In this document: positions 39,569 through 54,359 of the stretch, piece by piece
Position numbering within the stretch: position 1 is the stretch's first letter
Layout: every line of letters starts with the position of its first letter
DNA from: Paraspadella gotoi
Taxonomy: Eukaryota > Animalia > Chaetognatha
Reading direction: 5' to 3'
Assembly (NCBI GenBank): GCA_051294375.1
Contig: CM119265.1
Coordinates: 17,922,484 to 17,986,483, forward strand
DNA: 64,000 bases
Notes under the pieces: generated by a model
What the model was told of the DNA's origin: nothing
The model's database searches: none
What the model saw: only the letters and a program-made list of their open reading frames with translations
Program-made: the position numbers and the translations under genes

Positions 39569-41302
39569 TTTGTAAAAACTAAAAGGAATACCGACTGGGA
39601 CGCGCGCGGTCTTGTCCCAGTGGCCAAGCCCAACTTAGCGTCAATTTACCGCCCACGACGTCGATTCTCCTCAACTCTTCGTCTTCGCTGGAGACGTTTT
39701 CGTAAACGATCGTCGTCTTTGTCGCCGCCAAGCCCTGATTCTCTTCGGGATTAGATGGAAGGGGCATCGGCTGCATGGACTGCATGGGCTGCATCGGCTG
39801 CATCGGCTGCATCGGCTGCATCGGCTGAATCGGCTGCGACTGTTGCGCCTCTGTTGTAAGAAGATTTAAAAAAAAAAACGGCATCGCCAATTAATTTCCC
39901 CGTCGGATTTTCGTTCCTTGACTCTCCCTTTCTCTTTAAAGGAACGCTGACCGGAAGAATGGTTGATCAATGGGTGTGGTTGCTGTGGGAAGTGCTGCTT
40001 TTCCGACGGCTCGTAGCGCGGCTGACGCTGCTGCGTCGGAATAGACTTTTGTAACGGATGGTTTTGACGTCCGTTGTCGGTGCCACTTTTGCGCCGGAGT
40101 TTGACGACGGCGGGTCGTTTGTGAGCGGGCATCATCAGGATGGCGTTGTAGGCGGCGGCGTCTGCTTCGGACGCGCAGAGCGAGAAGCAATTGACTCGAT
40201 CGCGCCATTGAGTGATGCGGCGCGAAGAAAGCACATGATTGAGCTCCTTGGCGGCTGACACGGCGGAATTGGCCGATGCCTCCACGGTGGGCTTGTTGGT
40301 ATCGCTAAATCGCGAGTCAGAATCGCTGCTTTGTACGGCGACCTGACCCTGGGGCGGAACTGCGGCGGTGACAACGTTGCCTATGGCGTTAGAGACGCTG
40401 GCGGCGTAACCTTCGTCCGGAAGAAAGAAGAGCTCCTCGGATTCGGAGGCGTTCGTGATGTGCGTCGCTTGAAAATGACGCATCGCCGAATTGAGAATTC
40501 CTTCTTCTGACGAGAATTGACTGTCGAAGGAACCTTCCTTATAGTGAGGGTGGAGAGCTTTGTGAGGATGCTGGACGTCTCCAAGCCCGGACGAGTCCGA
40601 GGAGGCGTTCCCGCCTGCGTCTGCCATGCTCAGACCTTCGCCGACGCCTACGACGACGTAATTGTGAGACATCCCTCCATGAAGATCTCCGTGAGATTGA
40701 TCGAGGCTTCGGTGATAGTGAGAAAGCTCGCTTTGAAGGCCCGCGTCCACGGTGGGCTTGGCGGAGCGTCGGGAAGGCTTGCCCGACATGTTGAAGGCGC
40801 CGACGGTGTCTTGGCTGAAATCGGAACTGTCCCTGTCTTCGTCGTCGAAAGGTGAGGTGACGACGATGGCCTCCGCCGTCGCCAGTTCCGTCTGATGCTC
40901 CTTCAGGTTCTCGCGGTTCAGGAAGTTGATCCTCGTCATCTCCGTCAAGGGCGCCACCTCTGAGCGGCAGACTGATGGGTCGAACTCAGCCACGGCGACG
41001 CCAGCTGCCTGCGTCGTCGTCGTCATGGGCGGATAAAAGGCGGTGGATCTGGAGGCGACGGATGAAGCGACGACGCCGTTGGGCGGTGAGCCGGTGGCGG
41101 CATCGGCCGAGTTGTACCCGGAACTGCCGTTACCTCGGACGACCGCGTCGGAGGAATAAGTGAAAGAGGAAGGAACGGCCACTCGCGAAATTTTACGTCG
41201 TTGTTGAAGTTCCGGGGAGGAAGTGAGCGAGTCGGACTCTGAAGGGGTAAGTCGGCGGATTAGGGTTAATGGGTGACAATGCTCAATCGCTTCCGAATAC
41301 AT
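36060..41302 (-). CDS. SoxB: Group B Sox HMG-box transcription factor, SoxB1-like
   Basis: Exons 5'->3': 41302-39952, 39850-39650, 39182-39102, 38966-38911, 38783-38698, 38619-38523, 38421-38304, 38188-38013, 37920-37781, 37448-37316, 37126-36864, 36683-36568, 36480-36349, 36157-36060; all GT-AG and phase-compatible (3048 nt). HMG box: [11 protein letters not shown]|[47 protein letters not shown]|[19 protein letters not shown], followed by the group-B motif IFKKDKF, SVKSD and C-terminal PLSLTHM*. One in-frame TAG at 36896-36898. The Sox call is secure; joining of the two 5'-most exons is less so. Confidence 0.9.
39766..39835 (-). repeat. Coding 9-bp repeat giving (QPM)n
   Basis: gcatcggct units on +; the minus-strand translation is [22 protein letters not shown]. 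Confidence 0.9.
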
Positions 41303-42387
41303 TACTGTGAAAACAATACAATAAAGACAAAGGAGTAATTGACAAACAAAAACAATCAGAGTTTACGTCCTCCCTACTTTTGTTTTTCGAGCCATCCGTA
41401 GACGGGGAAGAGCAGGGCGAGCAGTCCGAGGAACTCGATCCAGAATACATGATCGTCGTTAGAAGTTGACAGGGAGACAAGATTTGCGTCCAAGGATGAA
41501 AATTAAGTTTTAAGTCGCTTGTAACGGAAGCTTTCTTCGAAGTTAAGTGGAAAACGTAAACGGATTGTAAATCTAGTAATCGTTTACGAACCGCTCTCTC
41601 AAAAATAATTCCAACCAAACAGTTCCGGTCGGAATTCGAAAACTCTAAATTCAGCTCAAAATCAAGTCGGGAAAGTGTGGCAAACGTCGGTGTGCTTGAA
41701 AAACTTGATGACGATTCTGAAATTCATTTTCCGAGAAATTGATGGACGGAAAAAGAGAAAGAGAAGCTGTCGTCGTCGTCGACGCCGTGGTCGTCGTCGA
41801 TGTAAATGTCGTCGAGAGTCTCCTACAGGAAGCGATGTACGCAAAGGAAACAAGGAGGAGCCGTCCCGCGACGGGGATGTCGTTAGAACGGCGCGTTAAC
41901 TCGGAGGATTTCAAAAGTTTAATTTGAAATTATCGATTGCGTTCGGTGAAAGTCTTTTTTTTTTGTCCGAGTGTTCTTTTCTTTTCGACTTTTGTTTGTG
42001 AGCCAAAATGTTTGGTAAGAGAAGAAAAGTCGAGAGTGATTCTTCCAAAGGTCGAAGATTGAAGTGAGAAGAGTCACGAATTGAAAAGGATGTAGCGAGT
42101 CTTTTCTTTATTAAGATTCGCCAACAAAGAGATTTAACTTTGCCTCTTCCCTCCTCCCTCCCACCTCTTCCTCCTCCCCTCCTTCTCCCCCCCGGCCAAA
42201 AGTTCAACGTCAAGATGACAACTCACGCGCCCGAAAAGAAAAAAAAACAAACAAACAATTTCTCCTCCGTCTCAATAGAGCGCCGATCGCGTAACGACGC
42301 CGACAACAAAACGCCGTTACGCTGATAGGCGTAGAGGATTGGATCTATCGCAAGGAGACGCGATAACCTCTTCGTGAGCCCCAGTGT

Positions 42388-42433
<46 letters not shown>

Positions 42434-44260
42434 AAAGGATTAACGGTGACCGCGCGTGCACCTGTTGATGGCGCCTCGAGCCGAGAGAAAGCGCCGCTCC
42501 CTTGCCTCCTCATCTTCCTCATCCTTGCCATCTCCGGCAAATTCGGTTTTGAACCGTTTGTCTTCGCCAATTCTCCCGCTCCTCCTCTTGCTCATCCTCC
42601 TCTTCCTCCTCATCTTCCCGCGCGCATTCACTTTCGCCTCCTCTTCTTTCTCCTCACCACGCGTTCACAGAAAGACGACGACGACGACGATAGTTAACGA
42701 CGAAGATGGTTTGGGTGAGACAATGGAAACGTCGAAGAAGTAATTTTAAGAGATGTCGAACAATACTTAATTTGTAAAAACTCAAGCTTGTTCTCAGATT
42801 CAGATGTTCTTCGGTATCTCTCCCCCAAAAATGAGCCCAGGTTTCCTACTAATAAATTTGCACTCTGTCTCAGTCAATTTACGGACGAATCCCGAATTTA
42901 TCAATATTTCTTTTCGATCCTAATAATCGCTTCCTCTTTCGGCGCTCCACTCGAGAGAGTTCCTCTCATAAACATAAATAAATATTCGCTCATTATCATT
43001 TTTTTTTTTAGTTTTGAATGAAGGATTTTTTTTTTCCTTTTGAGGATCAGCCTCTTCGAAAGACGTGGGAGGAATCTCGGCAAAAACTGATTGATGTCTC
43101 CCGACGCAGATAAAGTCAGAGGGAATTGTCGTCGTCGTTGTTGTTGTCCTTTTCGAAGTTGCCGTTTTGTTCGTTGACGAGGCGGGGATGCGAAAGATAC
43201 AGCTAACATTATTTTGATCAATACTGCGTCATAAATGCTGCGAATCTAATATTATATTCCATTTCACTTCGAAGCGATAAGGAACGGGTCGGATGACGGG
43301 TCGGCTATCAAAGAGAAAGAGGGCTACAGTCATTCGTTCTACGCCTCCAGCTCATCACGGAAGTAGGTTTGATTTCAAGTGAACTACTTAACTTGATCTT
43401 GATCTTACTTTTAAGGCGAGTCAACAAGTCGAATTGTCTAGCAACCTTTCTTTCAAATTTAGTGACTTTGATCTACATTATTTTTTTGGCGTTTGTAACG
43501 TCTCGCTGGTCGGACAAAAGAACATCCGAAAGGTTTTGAAAGAAAGACGGGGAAGATTCAACTTGAAAAATTAGAATTTTTAGAAAACTTACAACCGTAG
43601 AAACTGTAAATTGTAATATCAACGCGTCTATAATTTCCAAAAAGTTGGCAAAAAGGGACGCTCCTTCCAGAAAGAATATTATGCAAACATGGCTTTTCTT
43701 TTTTCTTTTTTTTTCATTTTAAATAGGTTGAGTAAATAAAGGTGAAACTCGCGCACGAATAAAATTTATGTCAAAGAAAAAAAGAAGATTCGAATAAATT
43801 GGTTTGTTTACGTTTAATAGACTCGGACGCTTCCCGAAATGGTGGTAGCCGTTCCAACGTATTTTGTGTTTGTTTATGTTTATGTTTATGTTTTTTCCTT
43901 TCCAGTTTTTGTGAGGAAAAAAAAAACAAGTGACCACCAAAATGGTTTAGCATCGCTCATCGTCGTTTGGTCTTTTCTACGACTCAAAACCCATGAAGAG
44001 AATCGAAAAAAGCTCGAGAAACATAAAACGTTTTTCTCGATGGTTCACTTTTTCAATTTTTTATGCAAATGAGAATCGCCCCCCCCTCTCTCGGTCGGGA
44101 AAGGGGGGCAGAGGGGATTGAAGATAGAGGTGAGTGGTGGCGAGGGGTGGAGTGGGGTGGAGTTGGGATGGGCCGCGCCGTCGGAAATTCTTGTCTGAAG
44201 AAGGGAACGGCAACAGCTTCGCATGACAACTTGACTGGCCGATGAAACGCCATTCTCTCT

Positions 44261-44351
<91 letters not shown>

Positions 44352-44644
44352 TCCACCATCTAACTTTCAGAGAAAGAAGTAACGATTTGAACGAAAGTCG
44401 AATATATGACGATCATTACAACGAAAACAAGAGAGGATGATGTCGCTAATTACAGCGACGACGACGACGACTCGATGACGTAAGCCGGGTTTCGGGATCG
44501 GCAATCCCCCGCGGAGCAGAACCGATATCCGCGGGAAGAGTCGGCCGGAGTCGTGATGGATCGCCTTTGACATGAAAATTGAGTTCTGGCGACGATTAAT
44601 GTCCCTGCCGCGATTGAGGGAACCAGTTCCGAATGGAAAGAAGG

Positions 44645-44677
<33 letters not shown>

Positions 44678-47015
44678 AGGAGAGAGAAGAAAGAGGAGAG
44701 AAGAGAGAGAGAGAGAGAGCGAGAGAGAGAGGAATTATGAATTTGTACCTTTCCATCGAGAGGGTCTTGACTGGGCGGCGAGGACAAATAAAAAAGTCAA
44801 GGAAGAGAAAGGATTCGATTGTGCGAAGCAAAAGACCGCGAGTCAAATGCTTTTTGTTCTCGGCAGTTTTATTCTCCGCTAAACGAGAGAGAGAGAGAGA
44901 GAAAGAGAAGATTAGAGAGATAAAAAAAAAAGAGAAGAGAAGAGAAGAGAGAGAGAAGAGAAAGAAGGAGATGAGAGAGAGAGAAACTAGATAGAGTAAT
45001 AAAGTTATAGGCTCGTTTATTTCGACTAATTTTTGGGAGGCGGACGCTTTCCGTTTCGGAGCAGGAAGTCAGATGCAGTCGACGCCGCCCACAATGTGTC
45101 CCCCACATCGCAAAATGTTTGATAAAAGTTCAATCACAGACACAGCGGATCCGTCTTCATGGAATTCAAGATCGTTTACATCCACGGTGCGACTGTGAGA
45201 TTCGGAAACACAAAGATGTCGTCTCCAAGAAATCGTTACCGTGTCAAACTGTCTTTTTCAATCTTGCCATCATTCTGACATCTACTAGGAAGAAGACGAG
45301 AGACCGTGGAATGGTAAGAATAGAATAAAGTAGACAGAAAAACCGGAAAGAAAAAGCAAAAAAGAAAGAAAAAGGAAAGAAAAAGGAAAGAGACCCCCAG
45401 TGAAGGCGACTTGGCTGCTCTTTCTCCCAAAATTATTGCCGACTGTCCATTCTTAAAAAAAAAGAAAAGAAAAAAGAAAAGCAGAGAGGCGAGATTCTGG
45501 ATCGGAACCGATCGTCCTTCCCTCGTCATTCGCCTCTCGATGTGTGTCCCGTTTGACGAAACCGCGACTCACCCACTCTCACCCACCTGCCCCTCGTTTT
45601 TCTTCNNNNNNNNNNNNNNNNNNNNNNNNNNNNNNNNNNNNNNNNNNNNNNNNNNNNNNNNNNNNNNNNNNNNNNNNNNNNNNNNNNNNNNNNNNNNNNN
45701 NNNNNNNNNNNNNNNNNNNNNNNNNNNNNNNNNNNNNNNNNNNNNNNNNNNNNNNNNNNNNNNNNNNNNNNNNNNNNNNNNNNNNNNNNNNNNNNNNCGT
45801 CAACATTAGTCTCATTGTCGATGGTATCGTCGTCGTGGTCATCGTCGTCAGTTTCGTCGTTATCGTCGTTTTCGTCGTCATCGTCGTCGAGATTTTGAAA
45901 ATCTTGAAAAAATAGTTTACGAGTTTTATTCCGGAAAAAAAGGGGGGGACGGCAACGTTGGCATGGTTGTGGAGAGTGAACATTAATTTCCTTTAATTAC
46001 CGGATTTTTTTGTTTCAACATTGCCTGGGAGGTCCGAAAATCGCGGGTGCCTAACAAAAGGAGTCGTTCCTTCGTGATTTACGGGATTTTTGTCGCGAAA
46101 CTTCGTTCGTAAAGCATCGATAGAGAATGAGTCTGACAGAGAGAGAAAGATTTTATTTGCTCGTTACCCGGTTCTTATTTTTTTTTGGTGGAAGGAAAAA
46201 AAAACGTGGCCAATGAGACTTTTGTTAGACTCTTCTTTGTTTGATTTGAGATTAATGCTTCATTTGCTTTTTTAAAAATCAAAACGTCTTTATCTTTTTT
46301 TTTATTTCATAATCATTGCTCGAGAGCTTTTTGAAACATTTCCAGAGGTTATTGTACTCAATTTGATTATAATCATATAAATATAGTCGACTTCCCGCGT
46401 AGCTTTACAAATCTTACGTTGTTGGAAATAAATGTAATAATTACTCGTGGTTGTATATTTATTTTTTCGTTAAATATTCTTTTGGTTCATCTGCCTCTTT
46501 CTCTGTACGTCTTTACATAAATCACTTCAATATCTCTTAGCGAGATATTCTAATTGGGTTCTCTAATTTATTTCTTTGCTAATCGCTCTCATCTCCTCTC
46601 TTTTCTTCCCCTCTTTGCCTTCCTTTTCCTCTCGTCCTCGCCACTCTACGCCCCCACCCCCACCCCGCCCCCTATGACCATCTCCCTTTTCCTCATTCCC
46701 CCGTCGACCATTTTTCCAGCTTCGAATTTTTCGGCGCCGCGAGGAGTCATCATTCGACGCCGATTTTCTCGACGTGGCGCCGCAGCCGGCGCCGACAAGG
46801 ATGGCAAAATTCCCTCTTTTGATTTCGATTCGGAAAAACAACAACCTAAATTTAGGTTTCTATGGGTCGACCGCAAGGTGGCTGGGCTGGAGGTGACTTG
46901 CTTAAAATACTCGTCTGTTCTACTTGTTTGCAATCACTTTTCATTTGTTTATATTTCGATACTTAATACTCTAATTAATGAGTTAATTAATTGGTTAATT
47001 AATTGGTAATTCTTC

Positions 47016-47325
47016 TTTCATTCATTCATTCATTCATTCATTCATTCGTTCATTCATTCATTCATTCATTCATTCATTCATTAATTCATTCATTCATTCA
47101 TTCATTCATTCATTCATTTATTCATTCTTTATTTCATTCATTCATTCATTCATACATTCTAGTTTCTTTTACATGACAGCTTTTTCAATTCCTTCCTTTC
47201 TTCCTCATCTATTCATCCTTCCTTCTCTCTTCCCTTCCTCTTCCTCCTTCCTTCCTTCTTCCTTCCTCCTTCCTTCCTTCCTTCCTTCCTTCTTCCTTCC
47301 TTCCTTCCTTCCTTCCTTCCTTCCT
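47016..47325. repeat. Compound microsatellite (TTCA)n then (TTCC)n
   Basis: Read directly. Confidence 0.95.
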
Positions 47326-47661
47326 ACCCTCGTCAAGAAGCGAAATGGTTAACGAAACAAAAAAACAAAAACAAAACCGATCCCTCTACCGAAAATCTTA
47401 ACCACTCCGTCGAACCGACGCAATCCCGCTCATCCAAACCTCCCGCGCGAATTTAAAAAAAGAAAAGAAATGACATGGTTTTAACGAAACAGCACCAGCA
47501 CCGGGCAGCACCTGCCCGTGTTTTTTCACCCGAATCCGTGTTTGGTTGTTTTGTCTTTTGTTTCTCCGTCGAAGCGAACGACTCGACTTTGTTTCTTCTC
47601 ACAACAAACGAGGGGGAGAGTAATGAAGTAATTAACGATATTTCTAAATTTAGCGGAGCGT

Positions 47662-47696
<35 letters not shown>

Positions 47697-47857
47697 ATTA
47701 TTTTTTTTTTGGTGTGGAGGAAGAGGGGTACAACGAGGAATCTGGGGCATCGACTTTTTTTGATGCTCTTTTGTTCTGTAGTCGGTGTGTGCCAGGCGCC
47801 ACGTTGTGCGTTCGGTAATAGGTTTATAAAAAAATACAAAGGAATTTAGTAGTGATA

Positions 47858-47902
<45 letters not shown>

Positions 47903-47993
47903 CGAAAGAGAAAGAAAATGAGAGCGAGTAAATTAAGAAGAAAGAAAGTGAGAAAGAAAGAGGAGATAGCGGGGAGAAAGAAACGGTAAAGAG

Positions 47994-48180
47994 GCGGATC
48001 TGTGTTCAAGAGAAGCCGCTTAGTTAATTGGCATTCCGCCGAAATGAAGAAAAAAAAACCCCTTTTATCGTCTCGGGGAATCTTCTTTCTTTCTTTCTCA
48101 GAGGATCCTGGTTTCTTTATGTTTTCTTTTTTTTATAATATTCAGATTTTCTTCATTGAAAATCATTTTTAACTCTCTTT

Positions 48181-48244
<64 letters not shown>

Positions 48245-48399
48245 TTTTTCTTTTTTCTTTTTTTTTCTTTCTTTCTTTCTTTCTTTCTTTAATTAAATTA
48301 ATTATTAATTAATTAATTAATTAATTAATTTCTAATATTATATTATTTATTTATTATTTATTTATTTATTTATATTTATTTATTTATTTATATTTATTT

Positions 48400-48447
<48 letters not shown>

Positions 48448-48452
48448 TTTGT

Positions 48453-48483
<31 letters not shown>

Positions 48484-48543
48484 TTTTATCTATTTTCTAT
48501 CTTTTTTTTCTATCTTTCTTTCTTTTTTCTCTTTATTTCCTTT

Positions 48544-48578
<35 letters not shown>

Positions 48579-48790
48579 TNNNNNNNNNNNNNNNNNNNNN
48601 NNNNGCGGATCTGTGTTCAAGAGAAGCCGCTTAGTTAATTGGCATTCCGCCGAAAGAAGAAAAAAAACCCCTTTTATTACGTCTCGGGAATCTTCTTTCT
48701 TTCTTTCTCAGAGGATCCTGGTTTCTTTATGTTTTCTTTTTTTATATAGTTCAGATTTTCTTCATTGAAAATCATTTTTAACTCTCTTTT

Positions 48791-48850
<60 letters not shown>

Positions 48851-49129
48851 TTCTTTTTTTTCTTTTTTTTCTTTACTCTTCTTTCTATAAATAATTAATT
48901 ATTTAATTAATTAATTAATTAATTAATTTATAATTATTATTATTTATTTATTATTTATTTATTTATTTTATTTATTTATTTATTTATTTTTTTTGTTTTT
49001 TATTTATTTATTTATTTATTTATTTATTATTTATTTTATCTATTTTCTATCTTTTTTTCTATCTTTCTTTCTTTTTTCTCTTTATTTCCTTTTTATTTAT
49101 TTATTTATTTATTTATTTATTATTTATTT

Positions 49130-49140
<11 letters not shown>
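47994..49140 (+). repeat. Tandem duplication either side of a 25-N gap, containing (TTTC)n, (TTAA)n and (TTTA)n arrays
   Basis: gcggatctgtgttcaagagaagccgc at 47994 restarts at 48605 immediately after the gap 48580-48604. Confidence 0.93.
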
Positions 49141-49165
<25 letters not shown>

Positions 49166-49177
49166 TTTTTTCTTTCT

Positions 49178-49230
<53 letters not shown>

Positions 49231-51112
49231 ATTTCTATCTTCCATTTTCCTTGTGGTCCGCTTTAACAAGAAAAAAGTCGTAAAAGCTTCTCAATAAAAC
49301 TTATGATCTTTTCGGAAAAATCATGAGGGTCGTGGAAAAACAGACGAAAGTTGAGGAGGAGGAGGAGGAGGAGGAAGTGAAGAAAGATCATGAGGAGGAG
49401 GGGGAAGAGGAGAAGGAGGAAGAGAATCTGTTTCCGAAGCACACTTGACAGGAAGAGGAAAAATGCGGCGAAAGGAGGAAGGAAGAGTCATGATCTCCGC
49501 GGAGGAAAGAAAAGAAAAAAGAGAAAAGAAAAAATGAAATGTTCCTCCGATGTTCGGCAATCACGGAGGCTCGAAAAGACCGTTGCGAGAATGGAGGGGA
49601 GGAAGGGAAGGGGAAGAGAGGGGGAGAAGAGAGGGAAATGAGAAGAGTTGAAAAGAAGGAAAGATAATAGGGAGAGAAAAGTCGAGGGGGGAGGAAGAAG
49701 GAAACCCGAGATAAAGATAAACGAAAAACCGAAATTCCCACTAGATGCAAAAAGCAAATAATAAAAAAAATTGCGACAAAAAATATACTTAAGAGACGAC
49801 GGTATAAAAAGAGTCGAAAAAAAAGAGAGAAAAAAAAGGGGAAAAAATGGATAAAAAAGAGAAAAAAGGTCTCGATGTACGAATTCGGAAGAAAAAAAAG
49901 CGAGAAATCGCAAAGGATGAAACGCGTCAGCTGTGGAACCGAATCGAAGACTTGAATGGAATCTCGCTGAAAAGAAAAAAAAAATTCCGTTTGTGACGAC
50001 GAAGTTTGGGAGAAGAAAAAAAAAAAGAAACGCAAACGGTGAAAAGATTATTCGCCTCCAAACGTTGGGAAGTTCTTTATTTCGCGGATATTCCATCATT
50101 CTGGCCACTCAACTTGGTTACAATACTTGCCATTTTTTTGGCTTAAAAAAATATTTGGAATATGTCATAAAAATATTTGGATTAAACTGTCTAAAGTGAA
50201 CGAAACTCCCGTACAATCATCATGGGATGAGAAGACCGCGATGCTTGGGGGGTGAACCAAATGTCTTGTCTTCAAGAAAATTTCGTCATCTTCGTATCGA
50301 AGTCTTTTAAAGCGCCGAACAATTCGGAGCGTCATTCAAAAACGAAAGGAATCGCATGACTCGACGTCAAAGTTGTCGATCGAAAAGCTGTAACAGAAAA
50401 ATCGCTCTGGCGGCGATCGCTTTCACCAAAAAAGCAAAAAATGAAAAAAAGAGAAAAAAAAAAAGAGCATCGCGCTTCGGATGACGAGCGATAAGATCGA
50501 TAAGAAGAGAAAGTTAATAGAAGGCCACGCGTTCTGTCAATCCCAGTTGACGAGATGTCGCGACAAGGCATGGACGCGATCGGGTTTCCAGAGAGGTTAA
50601 CGATAAGAAAGAATTAAAAAAAATATGGCCGCCATATCGTCGTCAAAAACAACAACTACAACAACAACAAGTAAATTATTAATACAAGGTCGACGAACGC
50701 CACTAAAAAAGTTACAACGATGGCGCTGAAGGGAGTGCAATAGTGGTTCGAACGTCCAAGATGGCGCTAGAAAAGTGAATAATTAAATCAGTAAAGTTTA
50801 AACTGTTAACCGAGTGACAACCGTCGAAATCCTCATTTAGGCCTTCAGGACAAAAAAACCGAAAACAACGACAACAACAAATAACCCGACAACTACTACA
50901 ATAACAACAACGACAACAACGACAATGACGACAACAACAACGACAACAACACCCTCGAAACAGAGGAGGATGTCGTTGAATATGCAAGGAGACTTGTCAA
51001 CGCTTCTTCCCCGATTTCTTGACGGATGAAAATTCTTTGCCGGATTGTGGATTATGCAAAAACAAAAATTCTTTTCATTAGAGGAATATTTTTTCCTTCT
51101 TCCTTGTCTCTG

Positions 51113-51234
<122 letters not shown>

Positions 51235-52985
51235 GGATTCCTTTTTCTCCTTTATGAATTAATTTCTGTTTCCAATTATGCAGGACGCGGCCATTCGGCC
51301 TCTCATTAACTCATCCTCTCCTTCTCTCTTCTCCCTTCGATTTCTTGGGCGCAAAAAAATTCATTTCTTTGGAAGGAAGACGCTCTGTGCTAATTATAGA
51401 TTTAAAGAAAGTGGGGGGGAGGTGGAGTGAGGGGGGGAGAGAAATTGACAGGTTGATTTCGATCGTCTTGTGAAACAGATTCTTTAGTTTGGTTATATAA
51501 CCATTTATTGGAATGGTTGGGTATTTAATTACATAATTATTTAATTTGACTCTTTCTTTAAAAAAATAATATTTTCCTATTTTAGTACATATATTTTTTT
51601 AATTGTCTTTTAATACGCCTACGCGCTCTTCGACTAAGAATAAAAGAGTTTCAAGTTTCAAGTTAAACAAAAAAGAAAAAAAAAAGTTGAGAGAGACATG
51701 AATCGGGGCGACGCGATGATTCTACGGAAGGAAGGAAGTCAATTCTTCCTCTCATCTCTCCGTCATTTAAGTCTTTGACAAAATTTCTTCATAAAGAGAA
51801 ATCATTTCGTTACGAAACGGAAGCAAAGTTTCAATTTATCAAAAATAAATGATACAAAGAAGTGAAAGAACAAAACTCTCTGTTCTTCCTCCTGCCTCAA
51901 AATGTATTTATTATACGTAGATTCCAACCAACCAACCGATCAAACGTCTCCCTTCACCTATCCTTTATTTTAATCTCCCTTTCCATTTTGCATTTTCCTT
52001 TTCCTTTCAATTTTCTTTTCTTTTCCCTTTTCCCTTTCTCTTTCTCATAGCCCTTTCCTTCCTTTTTCTTTCCTCTCTTTTCTTTTCATTTTTTTCTTTT
52101 CTTTTCTAATTCGATTTGGCTTTCCCCTTTCTTTTCCGTTTTCCTCCTTTTCGCTTTTCCTCCTTCTCCTTATTTTTCTTTCTTTCTTCTACCAAAGAAG
52201 AACAACATTCGGGATTTTCTCGATTCGCGGGATTTCTTGAAAGTTGAGTGGCTCCCATTTGATCCGATCGAGTTTAACGAAGGAATTTGATTGAAGAACA
52301 AAAACGAGTAATAAAATCGATCGGCGAATCAACAACGAGGCATTTGACCCGCGGCGACAGCGACGTCGTCGTCGTCGTCGTCGTTTTCGTCGTCGACTGA
52401 CGAGGAGCAATTACAACAAAAGTTGTTCTTGAGGTGTGAAACTACGCGTTCGGTTAAAGAGGAGTTGAGAATTTCAGGAAAGACTTACGACTGTCGATAC
52501 ATTCTCAATATGAGAGTTAATATCTTCTGAATTAAATTAAATTATATTACATTAAAGTAATTTAAATTAAATTAAATTAATATTCTTGTATTCAATATTT
52601 AATATAACCCGGTGGAATCTCGATTAAGCAGTCTTGTCATTTTGATTTGATGTGACACGAAGCTTCCACCACTCCACTCGGAGGTTGTATCAAAGCTTTG
52701 ACTGTTTTACAGTTTTAGAAATTTAATCTCGTCATTAATTAGAGAAACGTCATAAGAATTTTGTCCTTGTTTTCCTTTATTTCCCCCCCTATTAGCTCTC
52801 CTCCTCACGTCATTTAGTAGTCGTTGTCTTCATCGTCGTCGTCATCATCGCCACTGTCGTCGTTTTCGTCCAACCACTCTAGTCCCACTCGGACCGTGTC
52901 GACTCTTCAGGCTTTCCGCTTTTATTCTCACCCAACGATGGGTGACCTTTCGAGTCGGGTGACCCTTCAAGTATCCTAACATGGA

Positions 52986-53121
<136 letters not shown>

Positions 53122-54245
53122 TATCTCTCTCTCTCTTTCTCTCTCTCTCCCCGAAAATGGAACCGGCGATAGAATCTTCCCATTCATTTCCCCAAATTCT
53201 TCCAAAAATTATCGTAAAAAGATCGTAAAATTATCCTAAAATCATCGTTAAATCTCCCAGTTGACGAAATTGCCGTAAAATGAGGCGAACATTCGGTGAA
53301 TCATCATCTCTGACGGCAATCAGCGCAATCGCGAAAGATGAAGCGAAATTAGAGCCAAGATTGGGAAATTTGGGTAATTGCTTGCAGTTTTTTTTAGGGA
53401 ATGGAAGGAAAAAGAATAGAGATGGGAAAAGCAACCGGTTGGTCCGTCCAGGGATAAAATAATTGATTCCCAGTCTAAAATCTGTTTCGAAATTGATCGA
53501 AATTGAGCAGGATTCTTATCGAAATTCATATCCAAGTCCCGTTAAAATCATATCGAATAGAAATGGACAATAAGATCCGTGACAGACGCCCCCGTAAATC
53601 CGCCGCATTTTCAATCTTAAATTCCTTTTTCGAAAAGAAAAGAAAAGACATCGCGTGTGATCTTAGGATCTTAGGATATCGTCCACCGTCCGATGGCGCT
53701 CGCCGATGCGTTGCTAGAGACGCACCCCGAAATCGCGGAAAAAGTCCTTCTCCTTTCATCGAATCTCTTTTGTCCCTTTTGTCCAAAAAGAAAGATTTAA
53801 AAGAGCGAGGATTTAAAAGCGGTTTTTAATGTCGTCGTCGTCGTCGTCGTTGTCCATTTCGTCGTCACGTCGAAGTCAAGTGTCAATTTCACCTGCCGCT
53901 CGACTTTTATACAAAATTGAAGAAAAAAAAATCGAAAAGAAAGGATAGATGCTAGAAACAAAAGCCCACGTGCGCCCATCTTTTTTTCCCTATCAATTCT
54001 TAAAACTCTACGCTCAAACGATTGCGAAGAATCAGACGGGGCGATGCCAGGTCGAGGGGGCGAGGCGATGCTTTCATTAAAATTACGAAAGCCTTGGAAT
54101 TTCTTTTCTCCGCATTTTTTTCTTTTTTCTTTTTAGTTTTTTCTTATTTTAATCTTTTTTTTTGTACGTAGATATGTATCTTTCTCCTTTTCTTTTCTTT
54201 TTTTGGTTTTAACCTTCCTTACCAGATTGTCTTGGGTTGATAATT

Positions 54246-54359
<114 letters not shown>

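Noticed and set aside
36356-41163. Plus-strand ORFs overlapping the Sox gene
   Set aside because: Antisense shadows of GC3-rich Sox exons; several run through introns and microsatellites.
31899-48648. Shared 18-mer ttag(g/t)taattggcattcc (homeodomain plus TEAD-like) on both sides of SoxB
   Set aside because: Only two independent occurrences, each locally duplicated; a 17/18 match is roughly expected by chance in 64 kb of AT-rich DNA.
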